DNA of 60,465 nucleotides from the NCBI GenBank assembly GCA_049663825.1, contig JBATEC010000183.1, forward strand, positions 1 through 60,465. The letters are read 5' to 3'. How positions within the stretch are numbered: the stretch's first letter is position 1; the number at the start of each line of letters is the position of its first letter. A program made the position numbers and the translations under genes. This stretch comes from Methanothrix sp. (GTDB lineage Archaea; Halobacteriota; Methanosarcinia; Methanotrichales; Methanotrichaceae). Under the pieces are notes generated by a model. It had not been told where the DNA came from. It was given only the letters and a program-made list of their open reading frames with translations, and made no database searches. This document shows, piece after piece, positions 1 to 9,394 of this stretch.

Positions 1-2
1 GG

Positions 3-116
3 GTTGAAGACGGATGGCTGGAAATAGCTGACCCATCCCGCCGCGCCCGAAGCTACAGTTTATCTGCAAAATATCAGCAATACATCGGCAGCTTATCGGC
101 AACGGTTCGGGAATAA
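3..116 (+). CDS. 3' end of a gene entering from the left edge; possibly the C-terminal wHTH of a Fic-family protein
   Basis: Own translation VEDGWLEIADPSRRARSYSLSAKYQQYIGSLSATVRE*, resembling Fic-protein C-termini; partial only. Confidence 0.35.
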   Translation, partial: VEDGWLEIADPSRRARSYSLSAKYQQYIGSLSATVRE

Positions 117-267
117 GAGAAGAAAGAGAATTGAATGCACCACTCATCCACATTTCTTCTTGAACGCTTTCCTTTAAATCAACACCTCAAGTCCCATAAT
201 CACATTTTGAAGTTCTGCCTCGCATTTCCAATAGCCCTCATCAGCCCCAGCCCGGAGACCCTTCCGC

Positions 268-453
268 ATGCCTGACCCAGTTCGCTGGTGTCCAGACAAT
301 CCCATTCCTCTCTCCCAGATGAGGACCGAACTGGTCTGGAACGGCAAGCACATTGAGTACGGCCGCCGCCGCAGCGTGGACGTGGCCGGTGCGGCCTGCC
401 CCGTGCAAAAGATCGAGACGGTATCATGCCTAGGAGCTCTGCTCACTGGCTGA
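268..453 (+). pseudogene. N-terminal fragment of a site-specific DNA methyltransferase (type III Mod-like)
   Basis: PLSQMRTELVWNGKHIEYGRRRSVDVAG..PVQKIETV resembles the TELVWEGKYDEYG N-terminus of Mod-like methylases; stops after 61 aa. Confidence 0.45.
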
Positions 454-838
454 CAACGATGGCGTGGCCACCCTGAGAAGATGCTGGAGAAGGATATGGA
501 GGTAGCTGTTTCCTACAAAGCAGCCGGACCTGGAAGCCTTCCAGGCCGCTATCCGGCGCGTCCTGGAGCAGAAGGACGAGCGGGGCGAGACGATGGGCTG
601 GACGATGGAATTGGACGACGACGTTATCCTCAACCAGGCCCCCCCCTGTGTGGGCGGATGTCCTCCTGGAAAGAGCCGGATAAGTTCTGGAAATAGCAGG
701 AGGTGGGCAAGTAAGACACGTCTCGCACGACCATGCACTACTGGCCTGACATAGTAGGGGAGAAATGCAAAAAGAACAAATCCTTTGAGATTCACTGGAA
801 AAATGGTTTAATTATGCATCGATCCGGAGGAGGTAATT

Positions 839-1363
839 ATGTCCGAAAAGAAATCCGATTCTGTCCCCTTAAAAATGCAGCCCGTCTACGATGAAATAGT
901 GGCCCTTACAGAAGCCGTCTGCCGCAAGCACCTGGATGAAGAGTATGCAGAGCTTGCTCGCGACATGACGGCAGTCCTGGCGAGAAAGAGGCCTTCGCCA
1001 TTGGAGAGGGGCAGAAAGGATGTCTGGGCGGCGGCAATTGTCTATTCCCTGGGCAATATCAACTTCCTCTTCGATAAATCTCAGGTGCCTCATATGAAGG
1101 CAGACGAGCTAGCTGATCTTTTTGGAGTAAGCCAGAAGACAGCTGCCAACAAGGCCCGACAGATCAAGGATATCCTCAAAATGTGCCAGATGGATCCCAG
1201 GTGGTGGCGACGCTCTAAAATGGAGTCGAATCCTCTCGCCTGGTGGGTTATGATTAACGGTCTGGCGGTCGATGCTCGCACGCTCCCTCTTGAGGTCCAG
1301 GAGGAGCTTGTAACGCGCAAGCTTATACCCTTCGTACCCGAAAAACGCTCTAAACCAAAATGA
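839..1363 (+). CDS. DUF6398-like domain protein
   Basis: GGAGG SD; WAAAIVYSLG.INFLFDKSQ.PH...DELADLFGVS..T motif. Confidence 0.7.
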   Translation: MSEKKSDSVPLKMQPVYDEIVALTEAVCRKHLDEEYAELARDMTAVLARKRPSPLERGRKDVWAAAIVYSLGNINFLFDKSQVPHMKADELADLFGVSQKTAANKARQIKDILKMCQMDPRWWRRSKMESNPLAWWVMINGLAVDARTLPLEVQEELVTRKLIPFVPEKRSKPK

Positions 1364-1537
1364 TTACATCTTGAACATCATGATCAATGCAGAGATCTCT
1401 CTTCTCGAATAGCTAAGTTATTAAGCCAGGAGAACGAAAGAGGCACGCCAAAATTCGTATCGCTCGGAAAAAGCATTTATACTTGTTTCTGCGTAAGGGT
1501 TCTGGTTTGTTCCTTATCATTTGGAGGATTGAAGGAT

Positions 1538-2002
1538 TTGACAACTGTTTACGACGTACCTCCCCATGACTTAATAGCTGCCGTGGCCCAGGAGCTAAAG
1601 GCGGCGGGCAAGGTTCAGCCCCCGGAATGGGCTGAGTTTGCTAAGACTGGGGTAAATAGGGAGATGCCTCCCACAAACCCCGATTGGTGGTTTGTGCGGT
1701 GCGCATCAGTGCTGCGCAGAATATATATCGACGGCCCGGTGGGCGTTTCCCGCCTTAGAAGCTTCTATGGCGGAAAGCACCGCAAGGGCGTAGCTACAGG
1801 ATTCTTCTGCAAAGGCAGCGGCTCAGTGGCAAGAGAGTCACTGCAGCAGCTGGAGAAGGCCGGCTACGTGAAGAAGCTAAAGAAAGGACGCCAAATGACC
1901 CCCGAGGGTCAGGCATACCTTGATGGGGTAGCCCATAAGATAAGAAGCCAGATGCAAGGCTCGGCTGCACCCGCAGCAGAACCTGCTGCCGATTCGGCAT
2001 AA
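1538..2002 (+). CDS. rps19e: 30S ribosomal protein S19e
   Basis: TTG start; TTVYDVP, PEWAEFAKTG, WWFVRCASVLRRIY, GSGSVARESLQQLE. Confidence 0.97.
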   Translation: MTTVYDVPPHDLIAAVAQELKAAGKVQPPEWAEFAKTGVNREMPPTNPDWWFVRCASVLRRIYIDGPVGVSRLRSFYGGKHRKGVATGFFCKGSGSVARESLQQLEKAGYVKKLKKGRQMTPEGQAYLDGVAHKIRSQMQGSAAPAAEPAADSA

Positions 2003-2023
2003 ATCTTAGGCGAGGAGAAAAGT

Positions 2024-2365
2024 ATGGCTGATGATGAGCTTGCAGAATTAAGACGAAAGAGGATGGACCAGATCCAAAAGCAGCAGATGGATTCGCAGAT
2101 GGCCGCGGCTTCGCAAGAGCAGGCCCAGCAGGAGATGGAGGCCAAAAAGGCATCCTTGATGAGGACCATCCTCACCCCCGAAGCACGGGAACGGCTCAAT
2201 GCGATACGCATGACCAAGCCGGAGTTCGTCACTCAGATTGAAGGCCAGCTCATCATGCTTGCTCAAAGCGGCAGGCTGAGGGGCGCAATCACAGATGAGC
2301 AACTCAAAGCGATACTCAAGCAGGCCCTGCCCACTAAGAGAGACATCACCATAACCAGGAGATAA
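2024..2365 (+). CDS. PDCD5/TFAR19-family DNA-binding protein
   Basis: [24 protein letters not shown]; conserved position after rps19e. Confidence 0.93.
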   Translation: MADDELAELRRKRMDQIQKQQMDSQMAAASQEQAQQEMEAKKASLMRTILTPEARERLNAIRMTKPEFVTQIEGQLIMLAQSGRLRGAITDEQLKAILKQALPTKRDITITRR

Positions 2366-2390
2366 AGCGGCTGAAAGCTGTAGGCAGTTT

Positions 2391-3047
2391 ATGAAGGTTG
2401 CGATCTTGTTTTCCGGCGGAAAAGATAGCAGCCTGGCGGCTCTTCTTCTCGAAAAGTTCTTTGACGAGATAGAGCTTGTCACCTTCAGCTTCGGCCATGA
2501 TAATGCCTGGACGAGAGCAGCTGATGTAGCACGAGAGCTTGGCCACCCCCATAGGAGGATGGTCTTTGAAGATAGCGTCCTGGAGCGGGCCCTGGAGATA
2601 CTGCTTCGCACGGGCTATCCCAATGATGCTCTCAATTATGTTCATCCTATTGCAGTAGAAACAATAGCTAAAGAGTGCGAATTTGTGGCGGACGGAACGA
2701 GGCGGGATGATCGCGCACCCAAAATGGGCTTTAGCGCTATCCGAAGCCTGGAAGACCGGTTGCATATGCAATACTTAAGACCCCTGGCGGGCCTGGGTCA
2801 AAAGACCATCCGGGCCATGGCCTCGCGCTATTTGGACTTCGAGGAAGAGCTATCCGAGAGGTATCCTGCCTCAGACTTCGAGGTGGGCCTGAGATATGCG
2901 CTAAAAGAGAGGTGCGGCCAGGCTAAGGTCGATGAGATCTTCCCCTCCAATCATACGCACAGCAGAGTTATCCGGAGGAAGAGATTTGTCCAAGAAATTA
3001 AAGGGCAAGAAGATCAGGCTTGCCAAGGCGTTCAATCAGAATCGTAG
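2391..3047 (+). CDS. PP-loop ATPase family protein (COG2117-like)
   Basis: [12 protein letters not shown]-loop, ADGTRRDD; conserved archaeal gene order. Confidence 0.85.
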   Translation: MKVAILFSGGKDSSLAALLLEKFFDEIELVTFSFGHDNAWTRAADVARELGHPHRRMVFEDSVLERALEILLRTGYPNDALNYVHPIAVETIAKECEFVADGTRRDDRAPKMGFSAIRSLEDRLHMQYLRPLAGLGQKTIRAMASRYLDFEEELSERYPASDFEVGLRYALKERCGQAKVDEIFPSNHTHSRVIRRKRFVQEIKGQEDQACQGVQSES

Positions 3048-3138
3048 GGTGCCCTCCTGGGTCATTGTCAAGACCATGAGGCAGGTAGTCACTCATCCCA
3101 AGAGACGACATTGGAGAAGAAGCAGCTTAGAGAGATAG
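2986..3138 (+). CDS. rpl39e: 50S ribosomal protein L39e
   Basis: TTG start after [23 protein letters not shown]...HPKRRHWRR. Confidence 0.95.
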   Translation: MSKKLKGKKIRLAKAFNQNRRVPSWVIVKTMRQVVTHPKRRHWRRSSLER

Positions 3139-3140
3139 AC

Positions 3141-3407
3141 ATGGCGGACACAGAACGAGTTTACACCATACCCCTGGGTATAGTCAAGTGCGCTCCCATT
3201 TACAGAAGGTCCAACCGGGCCATAACAGAGATTAGGACCTACCTCGCCCGGCATATGAAGGTGGCAAAGAATAACATAAAGATCGACCCCGGCCTGAGCG
3301 AAGTCGTCTGGGCCAGAGGCGATATGAAGCCTCCCCGGCGCGTAAGGGTACGAGCTGTCAAGTTCGAAGACGGCGGGGTTGAGGCGGAGTTTGCTGGTGA
3401 CAGATAA
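3141..3407 (+). CDS. rpl31e: 50S ribosomal protein L31e
   Basis: ERVYTIPL, RAITEIR, WARG..KPPRRVRV. Confidence 0.95.
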   Translation: MADTERVYTIPLGIVKCAPIYRRSNRAITEIRTYLARHMKVAKNNIKIDPGLSEVVWARGDMKPPRRVRVRAVKFEDGGVEAEFAGDR

Positions 3408-4062
3408 GCGATTGAAGATAGCAGGGAGCAGCCTTCTCGGAGTATTTGCCAAATGCACGGAGAAGGTACTTCTCGTGCCACAGGAAGTGGGCGAAGCCGA
3501 TAGGCAAGTTCTCGAGGCCGGGCTGAAAGTGCCGGCCGTGACGGTACTGGCCGGAGTGGGCTCCGTACTGGGATCCCTGGTAGCGGCCAATAGCAATGGC
3601 TTCGTGGTGACCCATCATGCCGGCAGTGAGGAGCTCGATGTTCTTCGCGAACATGGCCGGGTCGCAAGACTGCCGGCCAGGATCAATGCCGCAGGCAATG
3701 TGATCTTGGTCAACGACAGCGCTGCCATGGTTCATCCGGATCTGTCCAGCAAGGCCTGCGAGACGATAGAGCAGACTTTAGGCGTGAAGGTTGAGAAAGG
3801 CACCATCGGCGGCCTGAAGACCGTGGGAATGGCGGGAGTTGCAACCAACAAAGGGCTTCTTGTGCACCCGCGTATCTCCGAGGAGGAGATTGCCGTATTA
3901 GAGAGGCTCTTCGAGCTGCCTATAGACGTGGGCACAGTGAACCTCGGCTCGCCGCTGGTGGGCTCAGGAGTGCTGGCCAACAGCCATGGTTACTTCGCAG
4001 GATTGGAGACATCCGGCCCAGAGCTGGGACGCATCGAGGACGCACTGGGTTTCCTGGTTTAA
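3397..4062 (+). CDS. eif6: Translation initiation factor 6 (start approximate)
   Basis: GNVILVND, GTVNLGSPLVGSG.LAN..G, TSGPELGRIEDAL. Confidence 0.93.
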   Translation: MTDKRLKIAGSSLLGVFAKCTEKVLLVPQEVGEADRQVLEAGLKVPAVTVLAGVGSVLGSLVAANSNGFVVTHHAGSEELDVLREHGRVARLPARINAAGNVILVNDSAAMVHPDLSSKACETIEQTLGVKVEKGTIGGLKTVGMAGVATNKGLLVHPRISEEEIAVLERLFELPIDVGTVNLGSPLVGSGVLANSHGYFAGLETSGPELGRIEDALGFLV

Positions 4063-4091
4063 TGATTGATGAATAGATTAGGGGTGGAATA

Positions 4092-4280
4092 GTGAGCAAA
4101 TTCGAGATCAAAGGAAAGTACAAGGGAGGACTTGTCGGCAAGACCTGGCTGCCCTTTAGCAAGGTTGTTGAGAGCCAGAACGAGAAGAATGCCGAAAATA
4201 AAGTCTATTCCCTCATGGGAAGCCAACACGGCCTGAAGAGGGACCTCATCAAGATAGACGAGGTGTTGGCTGTTGAGTAG
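4092..4280 (+). CDS. rplX: 50S ribosomal protein L18Ae/LX
   Basis: F.K.VES.NEK.A..KVYSLMGS.HGLKR..IKI. Confidence 0.9.
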   Translation: MSKFEIKGKYKGGLVGKTWLPFSKVVESQNEKNAENKVYSLMGSQHGLKRDLIKIDEVLAVE

Positions 4281-4731
4281 CGCTCCTGGAGGCGAGGAGG
4301 AAGTCAGAAGGCTCCTGGCCGCATATCAGCAGTATCAGGCTCAGGCGGATGGCATAATGCACCAGCTCAGCCTGACACAGCTCACGGCTGAGGGCCTGGA
4401 GAGGGCACTGCTCGCCGTAGAGGCCCTGGACAAGGCACAAGTCGGACAGGAGATTCTCGTTCCCATCGGATCCGGGTCTTTCATCCACGGAAATCTCGCC
4501 TCTAAGGAGAAAGTAATCTTGAATGTGGGCGCGGGCGTTAGCATCGAAAAGACCGCAGCCGAGGCGAAGGATATTCTGAAGGTCAGGAAGGCGGAAGTTC
4601 TTGAGGGATCCAAGAAGCTCAATGAAGTGCTTGCCAAGATCGATCAAGAGATGCAGAGGATCCAGACCATAATGCAGCAATTTGAAGAGAGCGCTCATCA
4701 GCACGGCCCGGAGAGCGAAGGGATTGTTTAG
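4273..4731 (+). CDS. pfdA: Prefoldin subunit alpha
   Basis: EILVPIGSGSFI, VILNVGAGVSIEK flanked by coiled coils. Confidence 0.93.
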   Translation: MSSAPGGEEEVRRLLAAYQQYQAQADGIMHQLSLTQLTAEGLERALLAVEALDKAQVGQEILVPIGSGSFIHGNLASKEKVILNVGAGVSIEKTAAEAKDILKVRKAEVLEGSKKLNEVLAKIDQEMQRIQTIMQQFEESAHQHGPESEGIV

Positions 4732-5893
4732 TCGATTCAAGGAGAAGCTCTCCGGCTTCAAAGAGGCTCTGTCCTCCAAAATTGCCGAGAAGGTCTCCCT
4801 GGCCGAGAAGATAACCGGAAAGAAAGATGATGGGGAGAAGGAGACAGACAGACAGGCCAAAGCTCTCCCGGCAGCAGATGCAAATGCTGCTTTCGAGAAG
4901 CCTCCTGCATCCAGTGCAACTCTCTCCAGCGCATCTCCCGCAAAGCCTTCGCAAATTCCTGAAAAGGCCGAAGCCGACAATAAGCCCAAAAGCCGCTTCT
5001 CCTTCCTGGAAAAGGCCAAGAGCCTGATATTCGAGCAGGAAGTAATCCTGGAAGAGAAGGATCTGGTGGAGCCCATGTGGGCCCTGGAGATGGCCCTCAT
5101 GGAAAGCGATGTGGCGTTGCCCGTCGCAGAAGAGATCATCAGAGAGGTTAAGAGCGATCTGGTGGGTAAGAAGAGAAAGATCGGCGCAGACACAGGCGCC
5201 ATCGCCGAGCAGTCGCTGCGAAATGCTCTTTTAACGATTCTTTCCAGGAATTATCTGGACTTTGACGAGTACATCAAGAGCAAAGAAAAACCGGTAAAGA
5301 TTCTGTTCGTTGGTGTGAACGGCACGGGTAAGACAACCAGCATCGCCAAGGTGGCCAGATATCTGATGAACCAGAACTACTCAGTAGTTTTGGCCGCAGG
5401 CGATACCTTCCGAGCCGGAGCCATTGAGCAGCTGGAAGTGCATGGCAACAGCCTGGGCCTTAAAGTCGTCAAGCACAAGACTGGCGGCGATCCGGCGGCT
5501 GTGATCTTTGACGCAGTCGAGTATGCCAAGGCACACAACAAGGATGTCGTGCTGGCGGATACGGCTGGAAGGCTGCATACCAACATCAACCTCATGGATC
5601 AGATGAGAAAGATCGTGCGCGTGACAAAGCCCGATCTGCTCATCTTCGTAGATGAAGCAATAGCCGGAAACGATGCAGTGGAGAGGGCGCGCCTCTTCAA
5701 TGAATCGGTGCCCATCGACGGCTCCATTCTTACAAAGACGGATGCCGACGCCAAGGGCGGCTCCGCGATATCCATTGCCTACATCACAGGCAAGCCCGTG
5801 CTCTTCCTGGGTGTGGGCCAGACCTATCCAGATCTGGTGAAGTTCGAGCCGCAGTGGCTGGTGGACCGGCTGATGGGCGAGGCGGAAGCGTAA
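4724..5893 (+). CDS. ftsY: Signal recognition particle receptor FtsY
   Basis: TTG start (MFSRFKEKL); GVNGTGKTT, DTFRAGA, DTAGR, TKTDADAKGG. Confidence 0.97.
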   Translation: MFSRFKEKLSGFKEALSSKIAEKVSLAEKITGKKDDGEKETDRQAKALPAADANAAFEKPPASSATLSSASPAKPSQIPEKAEADNKPKSRFSFLEKAKSLIFEQEVILEEKDLVEPMWALEMALMESDVALPVAEEIIREVKSDLVGKKRKIGADTGAIAEQSLRNALLTILSRNYLDFDEYIKSKEKPVKILFVGVNGTGKTTSIAKVARYLMNQNYSVVLAAGDTFRAGAIEQLEVHGNSLGLKVVKHKTGGDPAAVIFDAVEYAKAHNKDVVLADTAGRLHTNINLMDQMRKIVRVTKPDLLIFVDEAIAGNDAVERARLFNESVPIDGSILTKTDADAKGGSAISIAYITGKPVLFLGVGQTYPDLVKFEPQWLVDRLMGEAEA

Positions 5894-6055
5894 ACTTTTT
5901 TTTCGCGTTATAAACAATGCAGCTAAGACGAAGAATAATTGGCAATCAATGCTGTTTTCGCTAACTCAATTTTGACCCGTCTATTTAAGGGAACGCCAAT
6001 TCGTTTTTGATCCACCCTAAGAAGGAAAGCCTTCCCTCACCAAGTATTTCGAGAG

Positions 6056-7549
6056 GTGGGCATTAGGGTGAAATTGATGGCAGATATAAGCAGAATCGTC
6101 GATCTCTACGATCTTTATAAATCCTACAGACGAGTAGCCCGCGAACTCAAGCTCTCCCGAAATACTGTAAAGAAGTACGTGCTTAAGGTCAAGGAAGTAC
6201 AAGATGGCGTAGCCGACGAGATCCTTCCCAAAAACCGAGGAATCATTCAGCCGTCGCGAGTCCTCACAGAACCTGTTCGGCAGAAGATCCATGAGCATCT
6301 CGAATCAAATTTAAGCCGCCCCAAGAAGCAACGCATCACTGCCAAACGAATTTGGGAACTTCTCATAGAAGAGGGCCATAAAATCAGCTATTCCAGTGTC
6401 AAAAATGAAGTCGCTCGCTGGAAACGCACCCATGCACCACGAATGGTGTTCATATTGCAGGAGCCTCGTGTTGGTCAGCGTGCTGAATTCGACTGGGGCG
6501 AGGTTACACTCAGCATTGGTGGAACGTGGCAGAAACTTAATCTCGCAGTCTTCGTCCTGCCCTTTTCGCTCTATCGATTTGCTCGCCTTTATCATAGGTC
6601 GACACATCTGGAAGTTGTTCAGGCTCACATTGAATTTTTCCATGAGATCGGCTCAGTTCCAGAATCTATATTCTATGACAGAATGGCTACAGTATATGAT
6701 TCTCAAAATGGGCAGTTCAATGATAAGTTTCTAGAGCTATCCATGCACTTTGGTTTTCACCCCTGCGTCTGCAATCCCGCTTCGCCTAACGAGAAGGGTA
6801 CAGACGAAGAGAGTGTGGGCTATGTTAGACGAGCCACATTCGGCGAAAGAAGCATGTTTGCATCACTCGGAGAGGCTACGCAGTGGCTCAAGATGAGACT
6901 TGGCGAGATTAACACACATCCGGTTTATCGTCGTTCGAAAGTTCCGGTCCAAGGACTTGATCAAGAGCGAGTCTTGATGCATCCATTGCCAACACTGGAA
7001 TATGAGAACTATGAACTGAAACGTGCCACCATATCCCGATATTCGCTGGTAAAATATGACGGGAACTACTACTCGATCCCAGATACATATCGTCCAAGAT
7101 ATATTACTTTGAAGATACTTGTTGGCCGGATCGAATTTCTTGATGGAAATGCTGTCATTGCATCCCATCGCAGGATAACCGGGAAGCAGAAGTACTCTCT
7201 GGATATCACTCATTACATCAAGACATTTCATCGCAAACCCGGCGCACTTGCAAATTCCAAGGTCCTGGCTCAGGCAGATGAACTCATACAAAACATGTTC
7301 AACTATTATTATCGAGATGATCCTAAGAAATTTCTGCCGATTCTTGATCTGATGAGAGAGACATCGCCTGAGGCGTTCTCCTCGACTCTTGCCATTCTAA
7401 AAAAGCAGAATATCCATCCAACGTGCGACAGCATCCGTTTCTTCCTTCATCAGACGGATGTTCCGATGGTTGAGTCTTTTGCCTTCAAAGGAGGTTTTGA
7501 AGTATCGGAGCCAGATCTTGCTGTTTTTGATCACTTTATAGAGGGGTGA
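6056..7549 (+). CDS. istA: IS21 transposase IstA
   Basis: N-terminal HTH (SYRRVARELKLSRNTVKKY), AEFDWGE, YDRM, NEKG.DE DDE-like motifs. Confidence 0.92.
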   Translation: MGIRVKLMADISRIVDLYDLYKSYRRVARELKLSRNTVKKYVLKVKEVQDGVADEILPKNRGIIQPSRVLTEPVRQKIHEHLESNLSRPKKQRITAKRIWELLIEEGHKISYSSVKNEVARWKRTHAPRMVFILQEPRVGQRAEFDWGEVTLSIGGTWQKLNLAVFVLPFSLYRFARLYHRSTHLEVVQAHIEFFHEIGSVPESIFYDRMATVYDSQNGQFNDKFLELSMHFGFHPCVCNPASPNEKGTDEESVGYVRRATFGERSMFASLGEATQWLKMRLGEINTHPVYRRSKVPVQGLDQERVLMHPLPTLEYENYELKRATISRYSLVKYDGNYYSIPDTYRPRYITLKILVGRIEFLDGNAVIASHRRITGKQKYSLDITHYIKTFHRKPGALANSKVLAQADELIQNMFNYYYRDDPKKFLPILDLMRETSPEAFSSTLAILKKQNIHPTCDSIRFFLHQTDVPMVESFAFKGGFEVSEPDLAVFDHFIEG

Positions 7550-7552
7550 ACT

Positions 7553-8212
7553 GTGGACTTGACTCTTGAAGACCTATGCAAGCAATTGAGGCTGAGCGGA
7601 GTCTACAGCTATGTGCAAGAATATTCGCCAGATAATGATGACCTGCAGGAATTCCTGATATCTGCGCTTCAGGCAGAGCTTGATAAAAGGCGGATGAATC
7701 GACAGATGAGATCGCTCAGGATCGCGGGATTTCCCACAAAGAAGAGGTTTGAGGATCTGATAATGGATGATCTGCCGCAAGATGGGAGAGAGGCGATACC
7801 TGCTTTAAAAGCACTCGAATTCCTCACGGAGCGTAGAAATATCATTCTCATTGGCAATTCTGGAACAGGCAAGACTCATTTGGCAATCGCTGTAGGAATC
7901 CGGGCTTGTGAGGAAAATTATCGAGTTGCATTTCGCACTGCAGCTGGTTTGATCAATGAGATGGTTGAGGCAAGAAACGAAAATCGGCTCTCTGTTTATA
8001 TTAAGCAGTTTAGAAAAATTGATATTCTCATAATCGATGAGCTTGGGTATGTTACTTTTGATCTCACCGCAGCTGAGTTGCTCTTTCAGTTGCTTGCCAC
8101 GCGATACGAGACTATGAGTACTATCATCACATCGAACCTGTCATTTTCCGACTGGGTGAAGGTATTCCATGATCGGACTCCAACGGCTGCAATTCTCGAT
8201 AGGATTGAATGA
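7553..8212 (+). pseudogene. istB: IS21 helper ATPase IstB, C-terminally truncated
   Basis: GNSGTGKTHLA Walker A, LIIDELGY Walker B, ITSN; stops at AILDRIE without the usual H...GESYR tail. Confidence 0.8.
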
Positions 8213-8637
8213 TTAGCCGCATAAGAGTGGATCAAAATCGGATTGGCGTGAGGGGTCAAATTCGAATTGGCGGATACATGATATCTGTGATCATCAGCGA
8301 GGTCATAGCATGGCAGCTCTTATCGGTATGATCTTCATCATATTTTCAGAAGAGGAGTCCGGCCTTGGCAGATGGCCGGAGCCCGACGACAGGTAGACGA
8401 CGGTAAAGGAGGTCAATGGCGTTCTGTCGCTATTCCACGGATTAGGATATTACTGGTTAATAAGCTTTTTGATTTTCGTAGCAATAGGTCAATGAAGAGA
8501 TCAAGAGGTGTCCTTCAGATTTCGTTCTCGACAACGTTATCACTTTTATCTAAGTTTGAGGAGAAGGATGTCTCTTCGCGACGAAGAGTAGGAGATGCTA
8601 AATGAAATGCTGGCAAAAAATGATATTTCTGAGCCCC

Positions 8638-8910
8638 TCAAATATTCTCCAGCGTTTCCACGCAGATTTTCTTTACGGACGGCTTCCAGATCTTTTTGGG
8701 CATCCAGGCAGGGGCCAGCTTTGGGCTTTTTATCTGTTTTCTATTGCCCTGGAATACATGGACTTTTTTAGTTCCTCGCTCCCTGAGCCTTATATCTGTG
8801 AATCCTCTGGTGGCTGCCTTTAGGGCCGCTTGCCGTGGAGCCGTTCCTGTAAAGACGCTAATCTCATTGCCTTCAGGGTCCCTGAGGGCGAAATTTCTCT
8901 TCTTAGATAT
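8638..8910 (-). CDS. Chromosomal protein MC1 paralog (ATA start; absent from ORF track)
   Basis: Own translation (I)SKKRNFALRDPEGNEISVFTGTAPRQAALKAATRGFTDIRLRERGTKKVHVF...WMPKKIWKP, 90 codons, intact; AGGTGGG SD 6 nt upstream. Confidence 0.85.
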   Translation of the reverse strand: MSKKRNFALRDPEGNEISVFTGTAPRQAALKAATRGFTDIRLRERGTKKVHVFQGNRKQIKSPKLAPAWMPKKIWKPSVKKICVETLENI

Positions 8911-8983
8911 GAATATCCCACCTTATTTGGACATGATAATCTCATTATAAGATGATATAATATTAAGTTTTCTAAAATAAGTA

Positions 8984-9307
8984 TTACTTATGATAAAACG
9001 AAATGAATCTCTCGAATTCTAAAGCCATTCGGGAGACCTTCATCCGATTGTCAGGGGTAATATCGCCGATCCTTTCTTCTACCTGGGAGAGGCAGCGGTC
9101 GTGCCGCTCTAAATACTCATTCGCCTTCTCCCTCGCCCCCAGCAGGATTCCGAGAAGCTTGACCTTCCCTCTCATGGCACTGGGCCCAAGGCCGCTGCAC
9201 TCGCAATCAAACCGTAGCACCTTCGCCTTCGGCGGAAGCTTGGCATCCAGGGACTCCTTCGTGGGGTAGAAGGTATAGGCCAGGATGGCATCAGGTTTGC
9301 TCTTCAA
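8984..9307 (-). pseudogene. Fragment of an ABC substrate-binding protein
   Basis: PDAILAY...VKLLGILLG..EKANEY resembles the internal helical-backbone segment of neighbouring SBPs; no signal peptide. Confidence 0.55.
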
Positions 9308-9394
9308 GACAGCCGATGTTCTGGTCCAAGCTCATCTTAGGGAATCTATTGGGCTGCTGGGCAAATGTGTTTGCTTTCCCACCCGACTCCCTTC

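Larger units (their letters stand above)
5953..8278 (+). mobile_element. IS21-family insertion sequence
   Basis: TG...CA ends with imperfect IRs (TGTTTTCGCTAACTCAATTTTGACCC / reverse complement TGTATCCGCCAATTCGAATTTGACCC) plus subterminal repeats; carries istA-istB. Confidence 0.9.

Noticed and set aside
174..260. Possible HicB-like fragment on the minus strand
   Set aside because: Similarity too weak to support
2986..3047. 62-nt overlap of the PP-loop gene with rpl39e
   Set aside because: Probably a trivial C-terminal extension in a compact operon
4249..5202. Long antisense ORFs (also 26270-27151, 46799-47950 and similar)
   Set aside because: Shadows of well-supported genes on the opposite strand
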